This document shows, piece after piece, positions 43,401 through 55,090 of a DNA stretch of 64,000 bases. The stretch is taken from assembly GCA_023213395.1 (NCBI GenBank), contig CM041465.1, positions 181,295,741-181,359,740 of the forward strand, read 5' to 3'. A model generated the notes under the pieces. That model was not told the DNA's origin and did no database searches. It worked only from the letters and a program-made list of their open reading frames with translations. Each line of letters begins with the position of its first letter. Positions within the stretch are counted from its first letter, which is position 1. The position numbers and the translations under genes were made by a program. The DNA comes from Cycas panzhihuaensis. Its lineage: Eukaryota; Plantae; Cycadophyta.

Positions 43401-45775
43401 CAACAGATTTATAGGAGTTTATGGACACTCCTCTGCTAATAGTTAGAAGATCTACATGAGCCAGTCATCCACCTGACAGGTACAACCCATCTACTTCTAT
43501 TATGTTAGTTTCTAATGATGGTGAGCCTATATGTTTTCAAGAAGCAGTAGATGATATCCATAGTGAGAAGTGGAAGAGGGCTATGCAGAAAGAGATAAAT
43601 GCATTGAAGAAAAATAATTCATGGGACTTGGTAGAACTTCCACATGGCAAGAAGACTGTTAGTTGCAGGTGAGTTTTTAAGATAAAAATAGATGTTGATG
43701 GAAAGGTTGACAAATATAGGGCAAGATTGGTGGCTAAAGGCTATGTACAGAAAGTAGGTATTGGCTTTCATGAGATCTTTTCCTTAGTTGTTAAACTTAT
43801 TTCAATTCGAGTGCTGTTAGCATTAGTAGCTTCTCTTGATTTGCAACTAGAGTAGTTAGATATTAAAACAACTTTTCTACATGGAGATTTAGATGAGGAG
43901 ATCTATATAGATCAACCAGAAGGGTTTATACAAGATGGCAGAAAAAGACTTGTTTGTAGGCTCAGAAAATCATTGTATGACCTAAAGTAATCACCTATGC
44001 AGTGGTACAAGAAGTTTGATGCCTTCATGGAGAGCCAAAATTTCAAAAGAAGTGAGTATGATCATTATGTTTACTTTAAATTCATGGACAATGGCTTATT
44101 CATTATCTTAGTACTATATGTTGATGACATGTTGGTTGCAAGCAAGAGAATGGAAGAAATCAATAAGCTAAAGGCTCAACTAGCTAGGACTTTTGATATG
44201 AAGGATCTAAGAGCTGCAAAACAAATCTTAGGCACGGAGATACATAGAGATAGAAAAAATGGTAAGCTATGGTTATCACAATAGAAATATGTAGAGAAGG
44301 TGCTAACCATGTTTGGTATGGCAAATGTGAAACCAGTGAGTATCCCATTGGCTTCCCACTTCAAGCTTTCTTCGAATATGAGTCCTAGTAATAAACAAGA
44401 AAAGGTTTATATGTCTCGTGTATCTTATGCTAGTGCAGTAGGAAGTTTGATGTATGCCATGGTATGTACAAGACTTGATATTTCACATGCAGTTGGTGTA
44501 GTTAGTAGGTTTGTGGCAAATCCAGGGAAAGAACATTGGGCTACAGTGAAATGGGTGCTTCGGTATTTGAGAGGCACAAGTGACTACTGCATCACCTTTA
44601 GAGGTATAGGTAATTAGGTTTATGGATATGTTGATTTAGACTTTGCAAGAGATTTAGACAAAAGAAGGTCTACTTTAGGTTATGTTTTCACTCTTGCAAA
44701 TGGCCTAGTTAGTTGGATGTCTAAATTGCAGAGCACAATTACACTGTCAACCACGGAAGCTGAATATGTTGCTACAACACATGCTTGTAAAGAAGCAATC
44801 TGGTTACATGGTCTATTGGTTGAGCTTGGAAGGAGATAGGAAAATGTAAAGGTATTTTGTGACAGTTAAAATGCCATTTACTTAGCAAAGAATCTGGCTT
44901 ATCATAGTAGAACAAAGCATATTGCTCTTAAGTACCATTTTGTTAGATAGGTTGTAGAAGCAGGTGGAGTGGCGCTTGAGAAGATTCACACCAATTAGAA
45001 TTATGCTGATATATTCACAAAACCAGTACCAGTAGAGAAGTTCAAATGATATTTGACTTCTCTTGGCTTGTAGAAAAGATGATGAAGGGTCCAGGAAAGG
45101 TACTGGGTAAATTGTTGTCAAGGTGGAGATTGTTGGATATTGTGACAACAATCATTTAAGGCTAAAATTTTGGGCATATTTTCAGTGTAGTTTCCCCTCC
45201 TAATCTTTCTCGAGGGGTTCCAAGGGAGGCGACAGCCCCCCTTGGATGGGGGTGCGGGGGGCATGGAATGCCCCCCGCTAAGAGGGGGTTCAGGGGCGAT
45301 AACCCCCGACCCGAAAAATTAGCCCTGTAAACCATATTAAAATGTAAAAAGAATCAAGGTCGTTCGATACAAATACCCTATATTCTACGGTTGAGATTCA
45401 TACCTTGGATGTCCCTCTCATGTAGCTCGTTTTAGAGCTTTTCTTATTATGTTGAATGTAATGTAATGTTTTGTGATGAGGGCGGCGGCTAATTGTTGTT
45501 CCTGAGAGCACTCTGCTACTTAGATGTACTGTTTCTCCATTCTACAGTAATAAAGATCGATATCTTTCCTGTATGGATGTTTCCCTAGCACACTGCTAGG
45601 GTCTTACCACGTTATATCGAGTGTATATGTGATGTTTAGCTTGTATATTGATGTTATTATATTATCTCTAATTTTAGAACTTGCATGTTAAATCTTAGTT
45701 TTGATTCCTATAACTAGTTACAAAATAGTTCAGATCTTGTGGTGGTTTAAGGTTTAGGACCTTGTATTCTCAACA
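40443..45775 (+). mobile_element. Element G: full-length Tnt1/Tork-like Ty1/copia retrotransposon with many premature stops
   Basis: LTRs 40443-41088 and 45131-45775; perfect TSD CTTCA; PBS TGGTATCAGAGCC at 41091; PPT aaggtggagat at 45120; gag-PR(WLLDSGA)-IN(FIDDYSRKVW)-RT(LYVDDML)-RH at 41159-45085. Confidence 0.96.
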
Positions 45776-48289
45776 CTTCAAATTTAAAAAAAATAATAAA
45801 AAAAAGACTTAATATTTTAAAAATACTAATCAAATATTAAAATTACTTTTGCAAAGCTAAAAAAAAAATCAATTATAGTTTCAAAGGTGAATATTTAAGT
45901 GACTGTGCATTTTGGGTTTTTGTAGAATTTGATTGACTTGCATCCTTTGAATTAATTTAATATCTCAACTTTGGATAATTCTATCTTCTTAGCTTTGTTT
46001 TTTCATATTCAATAGATTACATAGCTGAATATTACCTTGCATCATGTTCAAACAACATTTATTTATGCTACGCATATGCTTTGCATTTATTTGATCTTTG
46101 AAAATTTTCTTTGTAGTATTTTATTCATTTATAGATTCAACGTCTTTGACTTTGTCATCTGTGCCCTAGCTTCAACTCACATCTAACTATAATTACTTTA
46201 ATTGTTGTCTAATTAATGTGTAACACTTAGCAGTTTTAAGATTCATATCTCCATGCTTTAGCATATGCTCTTACTATATTGAATTTAGATTCAAGGGCAT
46301 TCCACCATGAATGTTGTCTATGTCTCCTATGATAACTTAGTTTTATGTCTAATTTACTCAACAAATACTTCTACCTACTGGTGTCTTCTTATTATGAGGA
46401 CCTTTAAATTTTCCCTTGATGGCACCTATCTCTTTAAGTTTTTGGTTCTCTAGTATTTAACCTTGAATATACCTTGGTTAAGATATTTTTACTTCTTAAA
46501 CTAATGACTCACATTTAACTTCAACTTTGTGCCCTAACTTGAAACCTTTGAATTAACTTATAATGGTAATATTACACATTATTATTGCCTTAGCATCTAA
46601 ACTCAACCTTGATTTAGAAATTAATGGAGCTATGGTCCTCTATTTAATGGTTTGAAAAAAAAAATCAAATTAAAAGAACATAGGGGTAGGTAAAAGACCC
46701 CTAAAAACTCCATAGATTTACAATAGATGGCCAGTCATAATTGTTTATAATATTTTAACCCTCTACTAATTTGTCATAATTTCCTAAGATTTTTAATTAA
46801 AATTTTTATTTTAAAATTATTTGGATCATCACAGTATACTTGGTATTAAGTGCCTCTAAATTTAATTTGGTTCTTGAACTTGAACTTCAACTTACACCTT
46901 GTAAATCTTTTAAACCTGGCTCCTCATAGATTTAACTCTAATACCAAATATAAGAAACTAATCTAGGACCGTAATTCAAAGAACATAAGAAATTTTAAGT
47001 AGAAATTTTATACCTCTTGACTTGATTTCATTAAGTGAGAATGATATGATCATATGCACAAAGCACTATACTCTTATATATAAAATGGAATTGGTAACTA
47101 TCCATAATTGATCTATAATTGCCCTAACATTTGTCATCATATTAGTGATGACCCTACAAGTCACTAGATATTATCATGACTCACCTAATAGGATCCACAT
47201 GTAAACATTAATTCTAACAATTAATATGAATGATATATGATAAATACATAGAGCCCATGATGAGATCACACTAGTCTCATTAGGAGGATTAGGTGTCTAT
47301 GTAACTCAAGATTAGCATACTTTGACTTTTTATAGACTTGATCACCTCATCATCAACTAATGATATTGCAATGAATACTGACCAATAAGATCATGTATGA
47401 GAACCTTCAAGTTTACCAATGACTTTACAATTGGGTGGGCATTTACACACACATCAATGCAACACATAATATCACCATGTTTTGACTATATTAATTAAAC
47501 ATTATCTCCAATAATGTAAACCATAGATGAGGAAATAGAGATACTAAGGTGGTATTAGCAAATAAGGTACATGTGTTATTCCCACTTAAAAATGAAAGTT
47601 ATTCTTAAGTTAGGATTCTCATCTATATGCTAGAAGGATAAAGTTAGTTTATTATTATTTCTTTGATTCCTCAAAGATAAATGTATATTATTGGTTGTTT
47701 ATTTCTTAAGTATGCATGTGATTAGTTGTTTGACAAGAACAAAATGGAAAATATTAGGTATTGTACATATTCATTCTTATACATTATTGCTCATGGGGAG
47801 ACTTAATTTCTTGGGAATTCCTACTTAATTAAGTATACATGTTGAGAGTTGTAGTTGAGAATTATATTTTTATTCAATGTGAAATGCATGTTGAGAATTC
47901 CTCATTAAGAAGCATATTATTAGAATGAATGGGTGAGAAGATGAATGCAAAGTTGTCAAATGGTTGTATATATTTAAATGAATATATCAATTAAAATTTC
48001 ATTGTTATAGTTTAATATTGTGGGCATAACCTTAATTAGGAACTTATATAAGCTTTATGGATGGAAATTATTATTATTAATATTATTTCCAAAGTTTTTA
48101 TTGGTTGGAAGTCACATATTAGAACCTAGGTCACTGATCTGAATCTTGAATGGGAAAGTGAAAACTTTAACCAATTGAAACAAAATCCAGAACAATATAC
48201 ATATTATTACATAGAATTTAAAATTTCTAGAATTTTCTTACAAAAACCCCTTTGTTTGTGCTCTGTTGAGCATGTAATGGATCACTGAC

Positions 48290-48900
48290 ATTTTGGGAGA
48301 GAGAGAATGAGAGGCTGGGTGCTTCTTGAAAGCTTTGCTCATTCGCTAGAACCTCTATCTCGAAGTCTGCAACCCGTTTTTGGTCTTTTTTCTGCCAAAA
48401 ATCCCTTTCGGTGAGGAAGAAACTGGCTAGCGTCTCTTCTGGGACTGCTGCTCTTACTTTCTTCTCTTCTTGGCTGCGGCTTCAATTTTCTGGGCTCCCC
48501 GCAACAGATTTTTCTACTGCGAACTCTGCTGTGTTCTCTCCCAACGTAGGTTTTCTCACTTGGAGCCGTTCTTTTTCCGGAAAGTTACTTTCTTGCTGCT
48601 TTCCTTGAATCTTGCTCCGTGCTGCATCTAGGGCTGCGGCGTCCTCTCTTTCTTGTCAAGAATCTCTGTCTCGATCCCCCGGATTCCTCTCTCGAATTTC
48701 GCTTAAAAGCGTTTCCGTTTGAGAGAGTTATTCCCATTTTTCCATTTTCCAACGGCTTTCAAAACGGTTTAGAAAATCTTGAGAAAATCCGTTTATTTTT
48801 GGAGTTTTTCCTCTTTGAATGAGTAGAGGACACGTGTGCACACATTCTCCTCAAATTTCGTGCCAAACGGTTCTTGGTTGTCATGGCTCATTCTGTTTTT
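48290..48900. promoter_or_regulatory. CpG-retaining island with clustered AACGG (MSA/MYB3R-type) cores and a G-box
   Basis: Seven AACGG/CCGTT cores (48374, 48566, 48715, 48751, 48763, 48789, 48866), TCCAACGGCT at 48748, CACGTG at 48831. Confidence 0.45.
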
Positions 48901-48922
48901 ATTATTTTCTGTTTTTTGACTT

Positions 48923-49138
48923 CTGTAGTAGCAGTCGTAGCAGCTCTGTAGCAGTAGTGATTCAGTAGCGACTGTAGCAGCTCTGTAGCAGCTCCGTAGC
49001 AACTCGTAGCAGCTCTGTAGCAACCGTAGCACTTGCGTAACACCTTGGTAGCGCCTTGGTAGCAATTATAGCACCTTAATAACACCTTGGTAGCAGTTGT
49101 AGCACCTTAATAGCAGCTCGGTAGCAGTTATAACACCT
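48923..49138. repeat. Imperfect tandem array of 9-12 bp GTAGCA-core units
   Basis: ctgtagcag/cgtagcag/ttggtagca/atagcacc repeated about 20 times. Confidence 0.85.
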
Positions 49139-52100
49139 TTTGTACTTGTAGAAATATAATGTTTTTACATTTTTAAGCCTTTTAGAGGCATATTTCTACT
49201 AAATGAAGACCATGAAGCCTTTTTAAGACAATTTTCTACTACCTAAAGACCATTTACATGAAAAACAATGTATTTAGAGTATTTTAAAGATCCGAAATGG
49301 ATCAGTCACTAATCATGAAACACTTTAAGAGTTAGGCTAAGATAAATTGGTTTTACATTGGTATTTTGTGAACTTTTGATTGCTTACTGTAAACTTGAGT
49401 GTTAGTATACATAGTGGTTATCTTATCTATTAGACATCTATTTTCCTATATGATTTAACAACACATAATACACTCATTTAACAATTAAGAGAATCTAACT
49501 AAGTATGAGACTAGATATTTGTCCACTAATCCTTATTTCTTAACTTCCAATCATACCTTGCCAATGTAATTTCTCTCACCAATTATATTGGACAAGGTAT
49601 GCAATGCTTATAACCAACCTTTAGTCTATAGAACAAGTCTAATACCATATAGATTATATAGTGATGACATACAAACTTTAACCACTCTTACTTACCTAGA
49701 TTAAATTATCAACATTTATAATAAACCATCTAAGTAGTTACATAAGTGGTTATGAAACTAACTTTATAATGACTTATTGACCATCCATCATATGTCAATT
49801 GAGTCTAAGTTGATAATCAACCTTATCAACATCATTCCCAAGGTTAATAATTGACATCAACAAAATTGACATAAGTGACCCACATATCTCTTACAATTAA
49901 AAGGTATTTTGTCTTAGAATACACTTTGCTAATATCTCCACTAGTCTTAATTAAAATTTTGGGGTAAAACTTTACAAGATAAAATTATAATCAAGTTTTA
50001 AGAAAGTGGATTAGAAAGCAAATTAAAAGAAGTCTTTGGGTTAGTAGGAGTGGTAATTTTCAAAGTGGGAAACTTTGAGGTTTCTTCCACCAACTCTATA
50101 ACCATAGTTATTAATCTCCCAATCATTTAAAGATATTCTTTGGTTGAGAAGATGGTTTCCTTCAACTCTTTTTCAAACTTTTCATCAAAGATATCTACAA
50201 TAATATGGAGCTCAAACTATAGATAGTTACTTAAGTAATAAGCATTGTTTAATAACTCTTCAAGATAAGATTATAATAAGATAACTTGGGGATTGAGCCT
50301 TTGAAAGCTTTATATAATTTGGTCTATTTTCCCCTCGAGTGATTATCTTTGTAACTGCAAATCAATAATGGTCTTATCATCTTTCTATCTTAGAGCTAGG
50401 AGTAATGAATGTTACACTTCGCCTATGCTATGAGCCAATGATGTACATTTATGTATAAGCTCTATCAAATAATCCTCTAATCCTTTTGCCCTGGATGATA
50501 ACTAGTTAATGGGTTGTACCAAAGAGTTCCACTGATCCACCATCATCTCCAAGAGTTGCTTAAATCTATGAAAAAGGAAATATTATGGCGACATACAATG
50601 TTATTCCTATTTAACATATTTTATCAAGATATCTTTGACAAAGTAATTTATCATATTAAAAATAGTTTCCATAAGATTGGTATGTTCTTTCCTAGTTTTT
50701 TGAACTTGGAGTTGCAGTTTTGGACCCTTTTTCAACATAAATAATTATTTAGTTTAAATCTGTAATTAAGTCTCTGCCAAATGTTGACATAGTTGTAGTA
50801 CAAGGTTATGTTTATCCTACATCCTCACGTACAGTTCCTTTATCAAAAGATTAGAGATATGAAGAACTTCATTAATTATTAACTAAGAAAATCTTAATGC
50901 TAAGGCTTCTAATAATGTATCAAATATTTGGTCCTTAATCACTAAATCTTTATGAATTTCTTGGGGTTATTCTAGTACACTTGGAGAAATTAAGATGTCT
51001 AAAATCTCAATATTGATAGGATGACTAACATCTATAATACTTGGAGGTTGGAATTATTATCTTTTGGCAATCACTAATTCATCATCCAATGTATCTTGTC
51101 TTATGTCATCTTTGTCTATTTCCAACTATGAAGATAATAATTAATCTACTCTAGTGTAAAGTTATGCCACTTCCTTTATCGTAACCTCACTAAAAGTAAT
51201 TTCATTTTCATTCCTAGCGTACTCTTATGCTTGAGCACAAATAAGGTTAACAACCTACATTTGAATATCCTTGTTGATGCCTTGTTGGATTGACCCCATC
51301 TTAAGATTATCAACATTATCAATAATCAGATGTCTTATTTTACTAATATAGATACCTTAGTCGACTTAGCATGGTTCCTCAAGTTGTCAACTTGAGTAAT
51401 ATTCTTCAACAATTATTTCTTCACTACAAATTTTTTCAGTATATTAACTTAAAGACATAACACCAATGTGAACATATTCCCTAAGTTGATAACTTGAGTT
51501 ATGAATCATTGTATCCTCAACTTTCTTAAGTGTTTCTTCTAGTGGTTAAGTCAACATTTCCCTAATGTTATCTCTCTACTCTCAACTTGAAATGGCCCTT
51601 TGACCATCTCTTTCCAAAGTTGCATGAGTTATTTCTTTGTTATTAAGCCTACCAATTTGTGAGTGCATAGGTGTGAAATCTCCCTCACATTATCTAGCAG
51701 GTGTTATTGAACTTAATGATTTACTTATATGTGCAAGGTTTGGCTTTGAGCAGTGTCTTACTAATGAATCTCTCTCAAATAACTCTTATAACAAATTGAC
51801 ATTCACCTTTAGAAGTCACCTTACCCTTCAAATCAATGTTAGATTTTTCTTTCATGCTCTAGGGTTCCTGATGCTTTGATCAAGTCTTCTTAGCAAATGT
51901 TATTAATAGATCCTTATCATCTCTTCGTTAAAATAATTTCTTCCTTAGAATAGATGGATTTTACTATTGATATTTCTAAAGCCTATAATATGGATACCAA
52001 CTTGTTAGGATCATCATGCAAGAGTTTCTTGTCAAAAACTAATAAATTCATCAGTTTAATTACCTTAGACAAAATAAATTACTTTTTCAATTCAAACCAT

Positions 52101-52599
52101 ACTAAATATGGTCTTGGTTTGAACAATAACTTACTTATTGGCATATTCAAACCTTGCAAGTACACCTTTATGCCTAAAATATAAGAATACAATTAAAAGA
52201 ATTCTAAGTGTGTATCTTAGGTGATTGCACCTCATTAATCAATCCCTTCTAATAAGAAGAATTCTTATTCTTAGTTATTGACTTGAGTGTTCAAACATAA
52301 TTTCTAAATAAAAACATCTCAAGCTCATCAAATGCCTTATACAAATAGTAAGTCATGACGTGCAAATACATGTCAATTATTAATAGTAAAGAATGAAAAT
52401 GAAAGATGATTCCTTTATCCAAATTCAGTCCTTGAGTATTTGGTCCACTTTAATTGTAGGCATTTGCATGCCCTTTCAATAAGCAACCATCACTTCTAAG
52501 GCATTTTAGATGCCTTAGCCTCTGGAATAATCATTCCAGAGATTATCTGTGCTCCACAAATATGAATAGGTTAAACAAGGGACTTTGTTAAAATACTTC

Positions 52600-54600
52600 A
52601 TGTAATGATCCTAAATAACTATTAGTATTGAAGTTAGTTTCATAAATATTTATTAGTGTTGAAGTCAATTTTTTTTAAAGTACCCTTTTTAAGACCTATA
52701 AATAGGGGAGGCCCTTAACTCTTGATGTATGATTTTATTTTTACAACGGGTTAATATATGAATTTGGCACTTTGGTTCCTAACAATTATACCATCTACTA
52801 TATTTGATCTCTATTTCTATTAAATATTTGTTTTATGTACCTAAACATTTTCTTTTATTGAATAATTAGATTTAGGCCCACTATAAAATGGTATTTGAGT
52901 CATGTTTAATAAGAAAGCTTAGTGTTTGTAGGCTATGTAGAAGATTCATCTATTATTATATTAGTGTTACCACTATGTATGGATAGCTTGCTTATTTGCT
53001 AAAGATTGATAATGTTGAAAAGATTATTTATTATTGTGAGGATGTTCATTTATGTTACTTGAAGAAATTCTCATTAAAGACTGTTAATTGCCTAACAACT
53101 AGTGATGCAAAGTTGTATTTGTATTATTAATTTGTAATTCATTATTCTGCATTATATATTGCTTATGTTCTTATCGTGAGGCTTTTGGGCATTGCGAGTA
53201 GGTTGTGTTGGATGGTCATTTGAGTTGTTGAAACTTGCATCTCCTATTTAATTGTCATTTGTCCATAACAAACCACATAGTTTACCAAGCTCTGATGTTT
53301 GTTGCTTGTTTATGAAAAAAAACATTGTTCTATTATTCACCATCTCCAAGATTCTCTATCAAATCTATCCATCTAGTTACCATCTCCAAGCTCACAATTT
53401 ATTTGTGTGAAGATTCAAGCTCCCGTGAAGTGTTGCAAATGAAAAGAACTTGTTTGTCCTCCACTGAAAGCTAACCTACCAAAGTGAATATAACCCTCCA
53501 TCATGTGATTTGATATGAAGCTCTGAAGCCCTCGTTTACTATAAACAAGCTATTTTTTTTTATGGATGGAGTTTGTCCTTTAACTCCTCACAAGTATTGA
53601 CCATAGAGATTAGGTCTTTTTTTCCCCCCCAACTTAGGGCATTCTCCCCCCCCCCCAATAAAAAAAAAAAGTTTTAAAAAACTAAATTATTTTTTATAAT
53701 ATTTAAAGTTTATCTCCCAATCTAATAGTTGTAGGTCATATTGAGCTTTCACATGACCAACAACCTAAGCCAAAAGGGCCTAAAAGTTTCTTCCTTTAGT
53801 AGGCCTTAATTTTTTTTTTGGATGACCTACCATCACTCTTTTGCCTATAGCTTTTGCTACAAGCGTCTGAATTCAATTCCATTTGATCTATTGGAACCTT
53901 GGCTTACAAAGCTTTGTAACATATAGTCAATTAACCATACTAGGTTCTATTTTATGCCATGTTTTTAAAGGTTGATTTTCATGTAAGTAGAGAAAAAAAA
54001 ATCATTTTACGGTTTTAATTTTTAGGCATTATTAATAATCATAGAGATGTTTCTATTTTCATTGAGAATAAAAGAATATGGTCCATAGAGTGGTTGGATA
54101 GGATATAATCCAACCTTGAAGTCACTCCTTATACATTTAAAAGAGAATTTGATTTGATTATTAAGTTATATTTAGATGGTTATGCTCTTTAGTGTGTCTC
54201 TAAAGCACCTTATTGGTAGATTGATTAAAGATGTTTCTTACTTATGTTTAATGAAAGGGTTATGAAGTGGCAAGATGAAAACTTACATGATTACACTAAT
54301 GATTCCTTTACAAGTTTCAAGGAAAAGTATTAAGAAGAAGATAGGGAAAAGAGTTAGAAGGAAGCCCTATCAAGAATATAAGATATATTATAGAAATTAA
54401 TGGTTAAACTGGAGAGTCTAAAGGAGAAAGTAAATAATTGGGATGAAAAGGGGAAGTACCAATTGAGCAACTTGAAGAACAACTCAACAAGGAGCTTGAT
54501 TATGAACAATGTAATGAAAAATCATGTGACATATTGGGCCTAGGCAAGTTAACACCCATCAATAAGTGTTTCCCACAAACTGGGAAGCCAAGATCCATCA
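52600..54600 (+). mobile_element. Decayed LTR-element remnant (LTR end, PBS-like site, gag-like fragment)
   Basis: TATAAATAGGG at ~52697; PBS-like TGGTATTTGAG at ~52889; EWLDRI..LEV..IIKLYLDGYAL gag-like string at ~54090-54190. Confidence 0.35.
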
Positions 54601-54938
54601 TGACATAGGTAAGTCAAATACATATTGCTTGTGGTTGTTTTAAGTTGATTTTTAGCATATATATATATATATATATATATTATTGACATTTACCTATTGT
54701 TCCGATGATGGGTGTGTGCATTCTCAGATTGTGATGATTTTAAATTCAGATAGTGGCATAAATAAATTATCCACCTTAGCCTTATAGCTCACAAAAGGGT
54801 CCTTTGACACCCCAAAGAGTAGTTTTAAGCTTCTTTCTACCTCTTGTTGGTTATCTTCTCTACTTCTTCTTTTGTGTTTTTTCTTTAATTTTTTTACAGT
54901 CTGTCATATTGTAAATCCCCACTGCATTTTATTTTTAG

Positions 54939-55090
54939 AATGGGATGATATATATTGTTGCAAAATTTATAATAATATATGATCATCCCATTATAATTTT
55001 TACAATAGGAGAGGCCCATACCATTATGAAAATCACAATGGGATAAGCTACCCTACTTTGAAATTAAAAATGGGATAGGACTATCCCATT
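54939..55090. repeat. Five ~33-bp tandem units, each a 22-bp imperfect palindrome
   Basis: Units start at 54939, 54971, 55004, 55037 and 55069; the last is a perfect AATGGGATAG-GA-CTATCCCATT. Confidence 0.7.

Larger units (their letters stand above)
23960..47219 (-). mobile_element. Element C: decayed Ty1/copia inserted into A's 5' LTR; host of D, F and G
   Basis: 271-bp LTRs 23960-24230 and 46949-47219; TSD ATTAA at 23955-23959 and 47220-47224; PBS actctaatacca 46935-46946; RT/RNase H 24240-25820; integrase 29533-30030 and 38904-39530; protease DSGDSRHMIG at ~39870-39900. Confidence 0.88.
13170..47513 (-). mobile_element. Element A: old, decayed copia-like LTR element, outermost member of the nest
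   Basis: 3' LTR 13178-13709 with PPT (cctctcc) at 13710; 5' LTR starts at 23702, is split by element C and resumes at 47220-47513; PBS ggctctaatata 23689-23700; perfect TSD ATGTA at 13165-13169 and 47514-47518. Confidence 0.8.

Noticed and set aside
48228-48655. Nearly open minus-strand frame (QEREDAAAL...VRKF) across the CpG island
   Set aside because: No start codon, one internal stop and no recognisable homology; GA-rich composition explains the scarcity of stops
48793-49085. ORFs with CY/ATE repeats, and a superficially CRISPR-like repeat array
   Set aside because: Translations of the GTAGCA minisatellite; no unique spacers, no cas genes, eukaryotic context
49900-52500. Possible transposase or extra-ORF remnants
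   Set aside because: Too decayed to assign any domain by eye
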